A stretch of 64,000 bases of DNA, taken from contig CAVSKO010000002.1 in NCBI GenBank assembly GCA_963728545.1, forward strand, positions 2,924,477-2,988,476. The letters run 5' to 3'. This stretch comes from Blastocatellia bacterium. Lineage in GTDB: Bacteria > Acidobacteriota > Blastocatellia > UBA7656. The notes under the pieces are model-generated. The model did no database searches, was not told the origin of the DNA, and was given only the letters and a program-made list of their open reading frames with translations. This document shows, piece by piece, positions 1 to 9,696 of the stretch. The translations under genes and the position numbers were made by a program. Position 1 is the stretch's first letter. The number at the start of each line of letters is the position of its first letter.

Positions 1-356
1 GCGCCGTTTACCACTCGGCGGAGCACGGCCTGACGCTCCGCGAGTCGCGCTTCGCCGGACGCGACCCGGGCGCGGTAGTCATCGTTTTCAAGCACAGCCA
101 CCACCTGGCCTTTGCGCACACTATCCCCTTCTTCGACCGGCACGGCGCGGAGCTTGCCGCTTATCTCGGACGCAACACGTATCTCTTCCGAGATCGGCTC
201 CACGCGACCGGGCGCTGCAATTAGTGATGGTCGCTCGCTTTCAGCCAGGACCACCGAGCCGGCTTGAGTGCCGCCGCCCCGGCTGAAAAGAAAAAAGGCA
301 GCCGCTACCCCTATGATAACGAGCGGAGATGTGAAGTAAAGAACCTGTCGCTTCAT
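1..356 (-). CDS. Efflux periplasmic adaptor (HlyD/MacA-family membrane fusion protein), N-terminal part. The gene runs off the left edge of the window.
   Basis: The reverse-strand translation MKRQVLYFTSPLVIIGVAAAFF... gives a signal/TM region, then ...RVEPISEEIRVASEISGKLRAVPVEEGDSVRKGQVVAVLENDDYRARVASGEARLAERQA, a typical HlyD-family biotinyl-lipoyl-like segment. It lies directly downstream of the ABC ATPase and permease genes on the same strand. The six-frame track does not list this ORF because it is truncated by the window edge. Confidence 0.7.
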   Translation of the reverse strand, partial: MKRQVLYFTSPLVIIGVAAAFFLFSRGGGTQAGSVVLAESERPSLIAAPGRVEPISEEIRVASEISGKLRAVPVEEGDSVRKGQVVAVLENDDYRARVASGEARLAERQAVLRRVVNG

Positions 357-378
357 GGCTTTCCTCATTTTCGGCTGC

Positions 379-1122
379 TCACGCGCTCAACTGGCGTGTG
401 TGATCTCCACGGGAAATAAATTCGTGCGCGATGAGGGCATCGGTTGTTTGCTCACTAAGACGGCCGTCTTCGATATGAACTATGCGGTCGGCAAAATCTA
501 TAGTCCGGTTATCGTGAGTCACAACGACGACGGCGCGTCCGCGCGTGCGGGCCAGCTCGCTCAACATCTCCATAACCATGCGACCGCTGTGAGAATCGAG
601 CGCGGCCGTAGGCTCGTCGGCCAGAATGATGTCCGGCTCTCCGGCCAGCGCGCGCGCAATCGCAACGCGCTGTTTTTGCCCCCCGCTCAAATCCGACGGC
701 GAGCTTTTGTACTTATCCGCAAGACCTACCTGCTCCAGTAATTCCTGAGATCGGCGGCGCGCCGCTTTTCCGCGAATGCCTTTCAGATCCAAAGCCAGCT
801 CAAGGTTCTCGCCCGCCGTGAGCGTCGGAAAGAGATTGAAGCCTTGAAAGATAAATCCGATGTGAGCCAGCCGGACTTGCGGGAGACGGTTTTCGCTGAG
901 TCGAGTTATGTCCTGGCCGAGTATGCGCACGCTTCCCGTAGTCGGCTTTAGTATGCACCCGATGATTTGCAGGAGCGTAGTTTTGCCGCTGCCCGAAGGC
1001 CCCATCAACCAGACGCGCTCGCCCGCTTCGACATCAAGGCTTACGTCATCGAGAGCGCGGACGGCCGCCGCGCCCGTCGAATAAACTTTGCTGAGGTTGC
1101 GCACTGAGATCGCTCGGTTCAT
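379..1122 (-). CDS. ABC transporter ATP-binding protein (MacB/LolD-like)
   Basis: Walker A GPSGSGKTT, ABC signature LSGGQKQRVAIARAL, Walker B ILADEPTAALD. The likely start is MNRAISVRNLSKVY at the internal ATG at 1120-1122, which has an AAGAG upstream. Confidence 0.85.
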   Translation of the reverse strand: MNRAISVRNLSKVYSTGAAAVRALDDVSLDVEAGERVWLMGPSGSGKTTLLQIIGCILKPTTGSVRILGQDITRLSENRLPQVRLAHIGFIFQGFNLFPTLTAGENLELALDLKGIRGKAARRRSQELLEQVGLADKYKSSPSDLSGGQKQRVAIARALAGEPDIILADEPTAALDSHSGRMVMEMLSELARTRGRAVVVVTHDNRTIDFADRIVHIEDGRLSEQTTDALIAHEFISRGDHTRQLSA

Positions 1123-1245
1123 ATCACGCTCTTTCATAAAAAAGGGGGCCATCTGAAATCTCAAATTTGCATGGCGCGACCCGCCGGAACGGGTGCCCCG
1201 GCGCTCGTCGCGCGCCGCGATTTCAGAGTCTCCCTGGCCCCCAAG

Positions 1246-2370
1246 TCAGCCTTTAAACACCATTGCCGGATCGATTCTTGTGACCTTGTTGATCGAAACC
1301 ACGGACGCGCCTATGCACATCAGCAAGGTCAATCCGAACATGCTCGCGGCCACCTCTTTGGGAAGTATGATAGCGGCCCCGCCGTTGCGGTTCAGATAGA
1401 CAGCGGCGAGGCTGAAGGCTATCCCCAGCCCGTAGCCGATGACTGCGCTGATTACGGCTTGCTTGATTATCACGCGATAGATGTAGCCGTTGGTCGCGCC
1501 CATGGCTTTAAGCGTTCCGAACTCGCGCAAGTGATCAATTGTCGCGGCGTAGATCGTCTGCGCTACTACGACCACGCCGACTATTAACCCGAGCACGGCG
1601 GCGATGATCACGGTAATGCCCGCCCCCGTGCCGAACATCCAGTAAGTTTGCGTCTTGCGACTGAACTCGCTCGTGGTGTAAACGGAAACGTCTTTTATGC
1701 GCTCGCCCAGTTGTTGCTTTAGAGTCTCGACGTTTGCGCCCTCTGCCGCTTTCACGAGTATGTATGTAGTCTGGTCTTCTCGCATCTGCGCGTAATTGAG
1801 CGCGTTTTTAAACGAGGTGAAAGCGACGGGCGACGTGGTGAAAGTGCGTATGCCGCGAGTGAACCCGACCACGCGGGCGCGGCGGCCTGCTATCTCAACG
1901 GTCTGCCCAAGCCCTGTGACGCCGAGTTTCTTTGTGTACAACTGGTCGATTATTACCGTGTCGTCGGCCTTCAAATCCTCCAGGCTGCCCGCAACCAGAT
2001 TCCACGGGCCTCCTACGGGCGAATCGGGGTTGAAGCCGACTACCTCGACGTTCTCTTCCGCGCCGTTGGGCCGCTTCCAGCGGCAAAACCTGACGATGTA
2101 TTTCTCTGCGACCGCGACTCCCGAAGTCGCAAGCGTCTGGTAGAGTTTCTTTTCAGAGAAAGGAAGCCCGACTTCTATGTGCGACACGTCGGTCGAGCCT
2201 ATCCAGATATCGACGCCCGAATTGTCTATCACGTTTGAAGTCGCAGTCCGAAAGCCTATGAATAAACCGAGTTGAATGGCTACCAGCACAACCGCAAAAA
2301 CGATCCCGGTCAATGTGACCGCCAGCCTCACTTTGTCGTGAAACAGATTGCGCTTTGCCAGTGACGCCAT
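1246..2370 (-). CDS. ABC transporter permease, FtsX/MacB-like
   Basis: N-terminal TM helix, a large periplasmic domain and C-terminal TM helices (GFRTATSNVIDNSGVDIWIG...). It sits directly upstream of the ABC ATPase on the same strand. Confidence 0.75.
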   Translation of the reverse strand: MASLAKRNLFHDKVRLAVTLTGIVFAVVLVAIQLGLFIGFRTATSNVIDNSGVDIWIGSTDVSHIEVGLPFSEKKLYQTLATSGVAVAEKYIVRFCRWKRPNGAEENVEVVGFNPDSPVGGPWNLVAGSLEDLKADDTVIIDQLYTKKLGVTGLGQTVEIAGRRARVVGFTRGIRTFTTSPVAFTSFKNALNYAQMREDQTTYILVKAAEGANVETLKQQLGERIKDVSVYTTSEFSRKTQTYWMFGTGAGITVIIAAVLGLIVGVVVVAQTIYAATIDHLREFGTLKAMGATNGYIYRVIIKQAVISAVIGYGLGIAFSLAAVYLNRNGGAAIILPKEVAASMFGLTLLMCIGASVVSINKVTRIDPAMVFKG

Positions 2371-2422
2371 TTTAAATCCGCTCCGGGTTTACGCTTTTAG
2401 CTCTATTAACGCTTCTTAGTAC

Positions 2423-2437
2423 GTTAACACTGTTAAG
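2423..2437. promoter_or_regulatory. Candidate TetR operator, near-palindrome GTTAAC-ACT-GTTAAG
   Basis: An inverted repeat lies in the 84-bp gap between the tetR stop and the permease start. A second, perfect copy sits at 3096-3110. Confidence 0.35.
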
Positions 2438-2454
2438 CAAAGTTTCAAAAAAAT

Positions 2455-3063
2455 TTAAGCTTTCAAGCCGTCGGTGTAAATATCGATGACTAAATCAATT
2501 AGCTTATCCTTATTGACCCAGGGGAAGTCCGGTTTGGTAATAAGCAGCGACGCGATCCCGTGGCCTGCGGCCCAGATCGCCTGCGTTATGGCCTCGACAT
2601 CCGTATCGCGGAAACTTCTCTGGTTTACGCATTTTTCAACGCCCTGGCGCAGGTGGTTATAAGCTCTCATGCCTTGCGAGCCTTCGCGGAGGTAGTGTTT
2701 GCCTTCGAGATGGCCCGGATGATTTATAAAAGTGACTCGGTAATGATTCGGATAGCGCAGGCCGAAATCGACATATGCTCGGCAGCCCTTCTTTAATGCT
2801 TCCACAGGGTCTTCGCACTCTCTGGTGATCGCTTCCATCTCGTCCGTCAGCTTTGCAAAAGTCTCTTCGCAAATCTGGTAGAGCAGATCGGCTTTGTCTT
2901 CAAAATAGAGATAGATAGTAGTAGGCGAATACTCTATCTTTTCGGCGATCCTGCGCATCGAGACGTTCTCGTAACCTTCTCTCACGAATAGATCGCGCGC
3001 CGCGTCAAGTATCTCTTGCCGCAACTGCTCTTTTTCGCGCTCTCTTCGCTGCTTCGAACCCAT
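2455..3063 (-). CDS. TetR/AcrR family transcriptional regulator
   Basis: N-terminal HTH: ILDAARDLFVREGYENVSMRRIAEKIEYSPTTIYLYFEDKADLL. Confidence 0.85.
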   Translation of the reverse strand: MGSKQRREREKEQLRQEILDAARDLFVREGYENVSMRRIAEKIEYSPTTIYLYFEDKADLLYQICEETFAKLTDEMEAITRECEDPVEALKKGCRAYVDFGLRYPNHYRVTFINHPGHLEGKHYLREGSQGMRAYNHLRQGVEKCVNQRSFRDTDVEAITQAIWAAGHGIASLLITKPDFPWVNKDKLIDLVIDIYTDGLKA

Positions 3064-3095
3064 AATCGCCTGGAAGACCTTATAAAGTTATTTCA

Positions 3096-3110
3096 CTTAA
3101 CGCTGTTAAG
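3096..3110. promoter_or_regulatory. Candidate TetR operator, perfect palindrome CTTAAC-GCT-GTTAAG
   Basis: A 6-3-6 perfect inverted repeat in the divergent region between tetR (-) and the MBL-fold hydrolase gene (+). Confidence 0.4.
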
Positions 3111-3203
3111 TATATTGCTAATAATTTCAGAGTCAAGGAAATTATTCACAAAGCCCCAAGGAAACTTGCTCGCTCGAACTGCTTCTGTTAGTGTGGCCCA
3201 GAT

Positions 3204-4598
3204 ATGGCGACACTTCAATTTCTTGGCGCAACAGGCACGGTGACGGGGGCGAAATTTGTGCTTGAGGTATCAGGCAGCCGTGCAATGATCAATAGCGGGT
3301 TGTTTCAAGGCTTGAAAGAGTTGCGCGAGCGCAACTGGGAGCCGATACCTGTAAACCCCGCTTCTATCGGGTGGACGCTCATTACGCACGCGCACGTAGA
3401 CCATTCGGGATATTTGCCGCGACTTGTGCGCGACGGCTTCACCGGCCCGATTTATGCCACGTCTGCGACTGCCGATTTGATGAAGATCATGCTGCCCGAT
3501 TCCGGCAGGCTCCAGGAAGAAGATGCCGAGTATGCGAACAGAAAGGGGTTTTCAAAGCACAAGACGGTCCTGCCGCTGTACACCGAGCATGATGCGAAAG
3601 TAGCGCTCAAGCAGGTACGCGCTGTCTCGTATCACCAGGAGATTCGTTTAAGCAAGTTCCTCACCGCGCGCTTCATTCCTGCGGGGCATATACTCGGCTC
3701 AAGCTTTGTCGAGGCGGAGATCAAGGAGCCTGCGAGCCGCCCCATCAAGGTTCTGTTTTCGGGCGATGTCGGGCGGTACGACGAGCCGATACTGAACGAC
3801 CCGGAGCCGGTCGAAGAAGCGGACTACCTGCTGGTCGAATCGACTTACGGCAATCGCTTGCATGACAGCGAGGACCCCAAGCAACAGCTTGCCGAGATAA
3901 TCAACCGGACGGTTGAGCTGGGCGGCAAGATCATCATCCCGGCGTTCGCAGTAGGCCGAGCGCAATTGCTTGTTTATTACCTGCGCGAGCTTGAGGACGA
4001 GCGCCGCATCCCCGTATTGCCGGTTGCGGTCGATTCGCCTATGGCGGCGGCGGCCACGCGGGTATACGTCAGGCACAAAGAAGATCATGATTTCGATATG
4101 CAGGAGCTTGCGCGCAAGAATCGCAATGCGCTCTCCACGCGCAACTTTCGGCTGGTGGCGGGCCGAAGCGGCTCAAAGGCTATCAACGCGGAGTCGGGTC
4201 CCGCAATAATCATCTCGCCTGCGGGAATGGCTACGGGCGGGCGAGTGCTTCATCATCTTGCGCGATATTTGCCCGACCCGGCCAGCAGCGTCGTCCTGGT
4301 CGGCTATCAGGCTGTGGGAACGCGGGGCCGAAGGCTGCAAGACGGCGAAGAAGAGATAAAGATTCACGGCCAGGTTATACCCGTGCATGCGCGCGTAGAA
4401 ACTATCGGCGGTCTGTCTGCGCACGCCGACTCGGGTGAGATACTGAGGTGGTTGGGCGGGTTCAAGAGCCCGCCGCGCACTACATTTCTGATCCACGGCG
4501 AGCCAGAATCGACTGCGGGTTTGCGCGATAAGATCACGCGAGAGCTTGGCTGGAATGCGGTCGTCCCGACTTACAAACAGATCGTTGAGTTAAGCTGA
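3204..4598 (+). CDS. MBL-fold metallo-hydrolase, beta-CASP RNA-metabolising type
   Basis: HAHVDHSGYLP metal-binding motif, size about 464 aa, and beta-CASP-like architecture (…ESTYGNRLH…, C-terminal GGLSAHAD). Confidence 0.7.
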   Translation: MATLQFLGATGTVTGAKFVLEVSGSRAMINSGLFQGLKELRERNWEPIPVNPASIGWTLITHAHVDHSGYLPRLVRDGFTGPIYATSATADLMKIMLPDSGRLQEEDAEYANRKGFSKHKTVLPLYTEHDAKVALKQVRAVSYHQEIRLSKFLTARFIPAGHILGSSFVEAEIKEPASRPIKVLFSGDVGRYDEPILNDPEPVEEADYLLVESTYGNRLHDSEDPKQQLAEIINRTVELGGKIIIPAFAVGRAQLLVYYLRELEDERRIPVLPVAVDSPMAAAATRVYVRHKEDHDFDMQELARKNRNALSTRNFRLVAGRSGSKAINAESGPAIIISPAGMATGGRVLHHLARYLPDPASSVVLVGYQAVGTRGRRLQDGEEEIKIHGQVIPVHARVETIGGLSAHADSGEILRWLGGFKSPPRTTFLIHGEPESTAGLRDKITRELGWNAVVPTYKQIVELS

Positions 4599-4617
4599 AG
4601 GCTATAAGGCATAACCG

Positions 4618-6075
4618 CTATGTCTTTTTCTTTTTTTTGGGCTTAAATATATTTTTGATCTCCTCATAGCCTTTCTTAATCAGGTTCCCGTCTCTCCCTT
4701 TTTTACCTTCTTTATTGCTGCTTGCCTTCTTCGGCTCTTTAGCCGAGGTATTCGATTGCGCCTGCTCAGGCGGTGGAGGAGTGTTTGCCTGCGGTTGAGG
4801 CGGGGCCGCCTGATCCGCAGGCTGTGCGGCGTTTGGATTGGTCGCAGCAGGCGTTTGCGGTGGCGTCGCTTCGCTCGTTCCCTTGTTGACAAGCGCGAGC
4901 GTCCCGAGCACAAGCCCAATCAAGATCACCGCCGCTGCCGCGTAATGCTTCCAGGTGAATTTTCCCGGTGGAGGTGTTGCCGCTTTCTTTTCGGCTTCAA
5001 GCGGGATGACCTGCCGCACGCGCTCTTTCGCGCCCTCGCCTGCTGCGCGTTCATCCACAGCCGGTTGAATCGGCTCCTCCGGTTTATCAGCCGGGGCCGC
5101 CAGCTTCGGCGTGGTGACGACGGTCTCCTTGTCAACATACATGTCTTCGTCGGGCTTCGTCTCTTTCGGCACGGCTTCTGCTGATACGGGACTGGCGAGC
5201 GGAGAACTGACCCGCGTTACAGGCGCGGCGTAAACAGGCGCGCTGTCGCCCAGCGGAGCAGTCCCGCCTTTCATGCTTGCCAAAAGCTCTACTTGAAAAG
5301 CGGTCGCCTTTTGAAACCTTGATTCGGGGTTCTTTGCGAGCGCGCGCATGATGGCCTGTTCCGCCTGCTCGGGAATGTATGTGAAATTTCTCGGCGGCGG
5401 CGGCGGGTCTTCAATCTGAGCCTTCATCAATTCGAATTCGCTCTTGCTTTCAAAAGGCACGCGGCCCGTCAGCATCTCGTAGAGCAAAATCCCTGCCGAG
5501 TAAATGTCTGATCGCGCATCGGTTTCTTCGCCCCGGACCTGTTCGGGCGACATGTATTCGATAGTGCCTACGATATTTCCTTGCCTGGTCATGCGCGAAG
5601 TCCCAAGCACGCGGGCTATGCCGAAGTCCATCACTTTCACAATGCCCGTGTCGGTCAGCATGAGGTTGGCGGGCTTTATGTCGCGGTGGATGATTCCGAG
5701 CGAGTGCGCGTGCTCCAGGCCATCCAGGGCGTGGCAAAACAGCGCGATAGCCTTCTCGTACGGCAGAGGGCCGGTCCTGCGTATCATATGATCGAACGTC
5801 TCGCCGCGAACGAACTCCATGACCATGAAATAGTGCTCGTCTTGATGTATGAAATTATAAACAGTGGCGATGTTGGTATGATTGAGCTTTGCAAGGGTCT
5901 TGGCTTCGGTGCGAAAACGCTCGACGACGTTCGGCTGGTTGGCAAGTTCCGAGCGCAGCACTTTGATGGCCACCTCGCGCTCCAGCATCTCGTCAATGCC
6001 TTTATAGACCGCGCCCATCCCGCCTTCGCCTATCTTTTCAATTATCTTGTATGTCCCGACTACTTTCCCGATCAT
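4618..6075 (-). CDS. Membrane-anchored Ser/Thr protein kinase (Hanks type)
   Basis: GEGGMGAVYKG glycine loop, VAIK, HRDIKPANLML, DFGIAR and SPEQ motifs. A Pro/Ala/Gln-rich linker precedes one TM helix (AAAAVILIGLVLGTLALV) and a low-complexity Lys-rich tail. An A8 tract lies in the coding strand near the stop. Confidence 0.85.
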   Translation of the reverse strand: MIGKVVGTYKIIEKIGEGGMGAVYKGIDEMLEREVAIKVLRSELANQPNVVERFRTEAKTLAKLNHTNIATVYNFIHQDEHYFMVMEFVRGETFDHMIRRTGPLPYEKAIALFCHALDGLEHAHSLGIIHRDIKPANLMLTDTGIVKVMDFGIARVLGTSRMTRQGNIVGTIEYMSPEQVRGEETDARSDIYSAGILLYEMLTGRVPFESKSEFELMKAQIEDPPPPPRNFTYIPEQAEQAIMRALAKNPESRFQKATAFQVELLASMKGGTAPLGDSAPVYAAPVTRVSSPLASPVSAEAVPKETKPDEDMYVDKETVVTTPKLAAPADKPEEPIQPAVDERAAGEGAKERVRQVIPLEAEKKAATPPPGKFTWKHYAAAAVILIGLVLGTLALVNKGTSEATPPQTPAATNPNAAQPADQAAPPQPQANTPPPPEQAQSNTSAKEPKKASSNKEGKKGRDGNLIKKGYEEIKNIFKPKKKKKT

Positions 6076-6218
6076 TTCCAGACCTCCGATTAAAAGAATC
6101 GGTCGAATCTCTGTTGAATCATCTGAAGAGAAATGCGCCTACGGCAGACCCCATTATTAATCTTAGAGGCCCGCCGTGTAAATACGCTGTTGTCGGGTAG
6201 GGTAAAAGTGAACCGGCG

Positions 6219-9146
6219 TCAGTTTATATTCAAGATAAAGGCTGCGGAAGACTCTCCGTTCGAGTTGACAATTTTCAGTGTGTGCTCGCCTCCTGAAAAT
6301 GTTATGCGCTTTACGACGAACGTACCGTTCTTGAAGCTGACGTCAAGGTCTCTCCCGTCAATGCGAAGCCGGGCTGCCGCATCAACCTTTTCTGCGTAAA
6401 CGGTCAGCTTCTTCTTTTTCTTTTTGTACACGACATCGATTATGCGCGGGGCATTTTCAGGATCGCTCACTTTTATTTGCAGAGTCGCCGTAGCGGTCTG
6501 AGAGTCCTGGTCTCGAACGGTAATGCTCGCGCTGAATGTCCCTGAAACGGAAGCGGCCCCGGTTATAGCGCCCGTGGCAGCGCCCAGCGCAAGCCCCGCC
6601 GGTAGACCGCCGCCCGTGACTGCCCAGGCGTAAGGCGCGGTCCCTCCACTGGCATTAAGCTGATAATTGAAAACGGCGCCTTTTACTGCGTCGGCGGGAG
6701 AAGCGATTGCAAGCGAGAGCGGCACCGGCACTACGATTATCGAGAGCGCCTTTCTTGAGGAGCGTAGCTCGATGTCGGTCACGTTGACTGTAAAGACGAA
6801 GCTTCCAATCGCCGTGGGATTTCCGGAGATTGCTCCGGTGTCGGAGTTGATTCCGAGTCCGGCGGGCAGCGCGCCTGCGACAATGCTCCAGGTGTAAGGC
6901 GGCTTCCCGCCCGTCGCCACGAGTTGTTGCGTGTACGCGGCCCCTTTCACGACAGACGGCAGCGATGATGTCACCAGATCGAGCGGAGCAATCACGTTTA
7001 TAGTTATCGTTTTTTGTGCGGCGCGAGACAGCGAGTCAGTGGCCTGCACCGTCATCGAGTAACTGCCCGCAGACGCGGGCGCGCCCGACACCAGACCTGT
7101 TCCGGAATTCAAAGTGAGTCCCGGCGGAAGCGATCCGCTTGCGAGCGACCAGGTATAAGGCGGTGCGCCTCCGGTCGCACTCAACTGGTAATTGAAAGCT
7201 GCGCCCTTGACACCCCCCAGCGTCGCCGAGCCGCTTATCGCGGGCGTGCCAACATCGGAAACGTTGATGGCGACGTTAGCCGACATCTGGCCGAAGAACC
7301 CCACGCCTTCCTGAAACGGTTGCCATTGGAAATTGTATGTGCCCGGCGTCTGAGGAGCGGTAGCCGTAAAAGTGGCTTCAAGATGTTGCCCCGGAGCTAC
7401 GCTGGAGCTTATGAGCGGAACACGGTCTGCTCCCCACGTCGTGTTGTTAGGCGGATTCTGCGAGCCTAACCTGAACCCGCCCGCGCCGTCCCACGCTTGC
7501 GCGCCGGTGTTGAGCCATTTCAACGTCACGCTGAACAACTGACCCGTTTGCAGAGTGGTCGGCACGGTTTGAGAGACGAACTGCGAATCGAAATTCGGCG
7601 TGGAACTTGGCCCTACGGTGAGAGTGAGAGCTTTGTCTGCCGTATCTCCGTTGCCGTCCCTGACGCGCACGGTGAAGGTTGCGGTTCCGTTCTCCAGCGG
7701 TGTGCCCGCGACGATGCCGCTCGATGTGACAGTCACTCCTTGAGGCGGGCGGCCCAACTCAGGGCGCAGGCTCCAGATGTAAGGCATCGAGCCGCCGCGC
7801 GCCGCCAGCACTTGAACGTAAAGCAGGTTGGGCGTGGCATTGGGCAAGGTCGAGGCGGTTGTGACCTCAAGCGGGCGCGTGCCTCCGTTTTCCACCGGGT
7901 AGACGTAAGCGATGCCGTTCGCGTCGTCCGCGCGTATGGAAGCGCAACGACCGTCGAAATGCGCCGTGCCAAACATCGTGGCGTCGATGTATTGCGAATG
8001 GCCCAATCCGAGCGCGTGGCCTAGTTCGTGCGTGGCGACCTCGCGAGTCTTACAATGATCGCTGAAGCTACAGGCGGAGTAAGGGTTGAAAGAGACAAAG
8101 CCGCGTATAGCTTTATAAAAAATTGTCCCGTTGATGTTCTTGCTCTGAGCGGTAGTCCAGTCAAGCCCGCCCAGAGCTATGATGCCGGCGCAGCCGGGAT
8201 CCGGCACAAAACTGTTGTCGCAGTTGTTAAAGACTATGGCGTTTATCCCGCCGTTGTGACTCGTGCAGGTATTCGTCGCGCCTCCGTTGACCACGCGCAG
8301 CGCGCAGCCTGAGACGCTCGACCATACGTTCATCGCGGCAGTGATGTCTTCGGCTATCTCGGCATTAGGCGCGTTTTCGGGGTTTACAAAAAAGACTACG
8401 GGCTGATTGTCATCAGGCTCGAACCACCGGGCAGGATTTGATGGGGGAAGCAGCGTGAACCTGGGAAAAATCTTCCCCCGCGCGGCTTCGCGTTTATATT
8501 CCGGCGGCTCGGCGCGCAGAGGCGTGTCGCTGTAATAAGTCTGTTCGTGCGTTTGCGAGCGCCCCCAGTTAGCCGCAAGCCTCGACCGCACCATAGCGGT
8601 GTAGGCCGATAACTCCATACGATTCGTAATTGTGCCGCGCGTGTGACCGGCTGCCGACAGGGCTTGAGTGCTATTATTGTTTACCGAGCCAAGGTCGCGG
8701 ATGGCGTATTTGTTTCCGGTCTGAGGGTTGACGGTTATTGAGAATTTACCGAGCATCAACTGGTGGACGCGGAGGCTCCCATCCGGCCAGGTCCCTAAAT
8801 AGAGGAGCACCTGTTCGCCGGTCTTGAAGTCAGGCGTGCCGAAGATGATGCTTCCGCGCTCGCCCACCTGGCCGCCCGCCTGCTTGAGGACGATGCGGCG
8901 CTCGTCGACCTGGCCTTTGAGAACTTCTTGAACGCGAACGGTGATGTAAGTAAAGATGCGGCCTTGCTCGTCCAGGCGGCTTCCGACAGAGAGGACTTTA
9001 CCTGTTATGATTGCGCGAGCGCCGACTATTAAATCGTCGTCGTCGGGTAATATATAAGTAGTCGAAGAGGCAGACCCGGCGCAGCCCAGAATAACGGCTA
9101 TCAGCACAAGCGATTTGAGGACAATGCTCTTACAGGAACGTTTCAT
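6219..9146 (-). CDS. Secreted zinc metalloprotease (metzincin motif) with repeated putative Ig (He_PIG-like) domains
   Basis: Signal peptide, then HELGHALGLGHS (HEXXHXXGXXH). The C-terminal half carries at least three repeats of the type GAAFNYQLSATGGAPPYTWSLASGSLPPGLTLNSGTGLVSG. A KKKKKK run sits near the C-terminus. Confidence 0.7.
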   Translation of the reverse strand: MKRSCKSIVLKSLVLIAVILGCAGSASSTTYILPDDDDLIVGARAIITGKVLSVGSRLDEQGRIFTYITVRVQEVLKGQVDERRIVLKQAGGQVGERGSIIFGTPDFKTGEQVLLYLGTWPDGSLRVHQLMLGKFSITVNPQTGNKYAIRDLGSVNNNSTQALSAAGHTRGTITNRMELSAYTAMVRSRLAANWGRSQTHEQTYYSDTPLRAEPPEYKREAARGKIFPRFTLLPPSNPARWFEPDDNQPVVFFVNPENAPNAEIAEDITAAMNVWSSVSGCALRVVNGGATNTCTSHNGGINAIVFNNCDNSFVPDPGCAGIIALGGLDWTTAQSKNINGTIFYKAIRGFVSFNPYSACSFSDHCKTREVATHELGHALGLGHSQYIDATMFGTAHFDGRCASIRADDANGIAYVYPVENGGTRPLEVTTASTLPNATPNLLYVQVLAARGGSMPYIWSLRPELGRPPQGVTVTSSGIVAGTPLENGTATFTVRVRDGNGDTADKALTLTVGPSSTPNFDSQFVSQTVPTTLQTGQLFSVTLKWLNTGAQAWDGAGGFRLGSQNPPNNTTWGADRVPLISSSVAPGQHLEATFTATAPQTPGTYNFQWQPFQEGVGFFGQMSANVAINVSDVGTPAISGSATLGGVKGAAFNYQLSATGGAPPYTWSLASGSLPPGLTLNSGTGLVSGAPASAGSYSMTVQATDSLSRAAQKTITINVIAPLDLVTSSLPSVVKGAAYTQQLVATGGKPPYTWSIVAGALPAGLGINSDTGAISGNPTAIGSFVFTVNVTDIELRSSRKALSIIVVPVPLSLAIASPADAVKGAVFNYQLNASGGTAPYAWAVTGGGLPAGLALGAATGAITGAASVSGTFSASITVRDQDSQTATATLQIKVSDPENAPRIIDVVYKKKKKKLTVYAEKVDAAARLRIDGRDLDVSFKNGTFVVKRITFSGGEHTLKIVNSNGESSAAFILNIN

Positions 9147-9296
9147 GCAGCCTCTCCTGTGAGGTGGCGTTATGAGCTGATTTTTAGGAAGGGGGACCTG
9201 ATTTTAGATGATCCTGTCGGTCGAGGGGGCCAACCCTGAGCCGTAGATTACTTCTAAAGAGCGGCTGTGTCAAACCGATGTTGACGAAGCCGAAGC

Positions 9297-9326
9297 TTGA
9301 CAGCCCCGCAAGCCCGCAGTTATCCT
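9297..9326 (+). promoter_or_regulatory. Candidate sigma70-type promoter for rpsT (TTGACA - 18 nt - TATCCT)
   Basis: TTGACA lies at 9297-9302 and TATCCT at 9321-9326, about 55 nt upstream of the rpsT ATG. An SD GAGGAGAG precedes the ATG. Confidence 0.35.
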
Positions 9327-9381
9327 ATAAGTCTTTTTTGTTAAGAGATTTCATCGCTGTATTGAGGAGAGATTAAAAAGC

Positions 9382-9648
9382 ATGGCAAATCACAAGTCCG
9401 CAGAAAAACGAGTGCGGCAGAACGAGCGTCGTAACGAAATCAATCGCCGTAACCGCAGCCGCTTGCGCACACAGATCAAAAAGCTCCGCGCCGCAATCGA
9501 CCTGGGTGATGTAGCAGAGGCAAAGACGCTGCTTACCGAAACCGTTTCGGTCATCGATAAGTCTATTCAAAAAGGTGTGCTTCACCAAAACGCCGCTGCC
9601 CGCTACAAATCGAGATTGACCGCAAGCGTCAACGGGATGTCGGCCTAA
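9382..9648 (+). CDS. rpsT: 30S ribosomal protein S20
   Basis: MANHKSAEKRVRQNERRNEINRRNRSRLRTQIKK... is the classic S20 N-terminus. The protein is 88 aa. Confidence 0.9.
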   Translation: MANHKSAEKRVRQNERRNEINRRNRSRLRTQIKKLRAAIDLGDVAEAKTLLTETVSVIDKSIQKGVLHQNAAARYKSRLTASVNGMSA

Positions 9649-9696
9649 CCGGTCGCCCGACCGCGCGATCTAAACTTAAATTATCGATCAAAACAA

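Noticed and set aside
355-741. Plus-strand ORF 355-741 (128 aa), and similar antisense ORFs such as 1171-1587, 1796-2143, 4756-5184, 5581-6093, 9977-10573, 10020-10583 and 18086-18840.
   Set aside because: All overlap well-supported genes (ABC ATPase, permease, kinase, encapsulin, histidine kinase) on the opposite strand. They carry no motifs. They are high-GC antisense artefacts.
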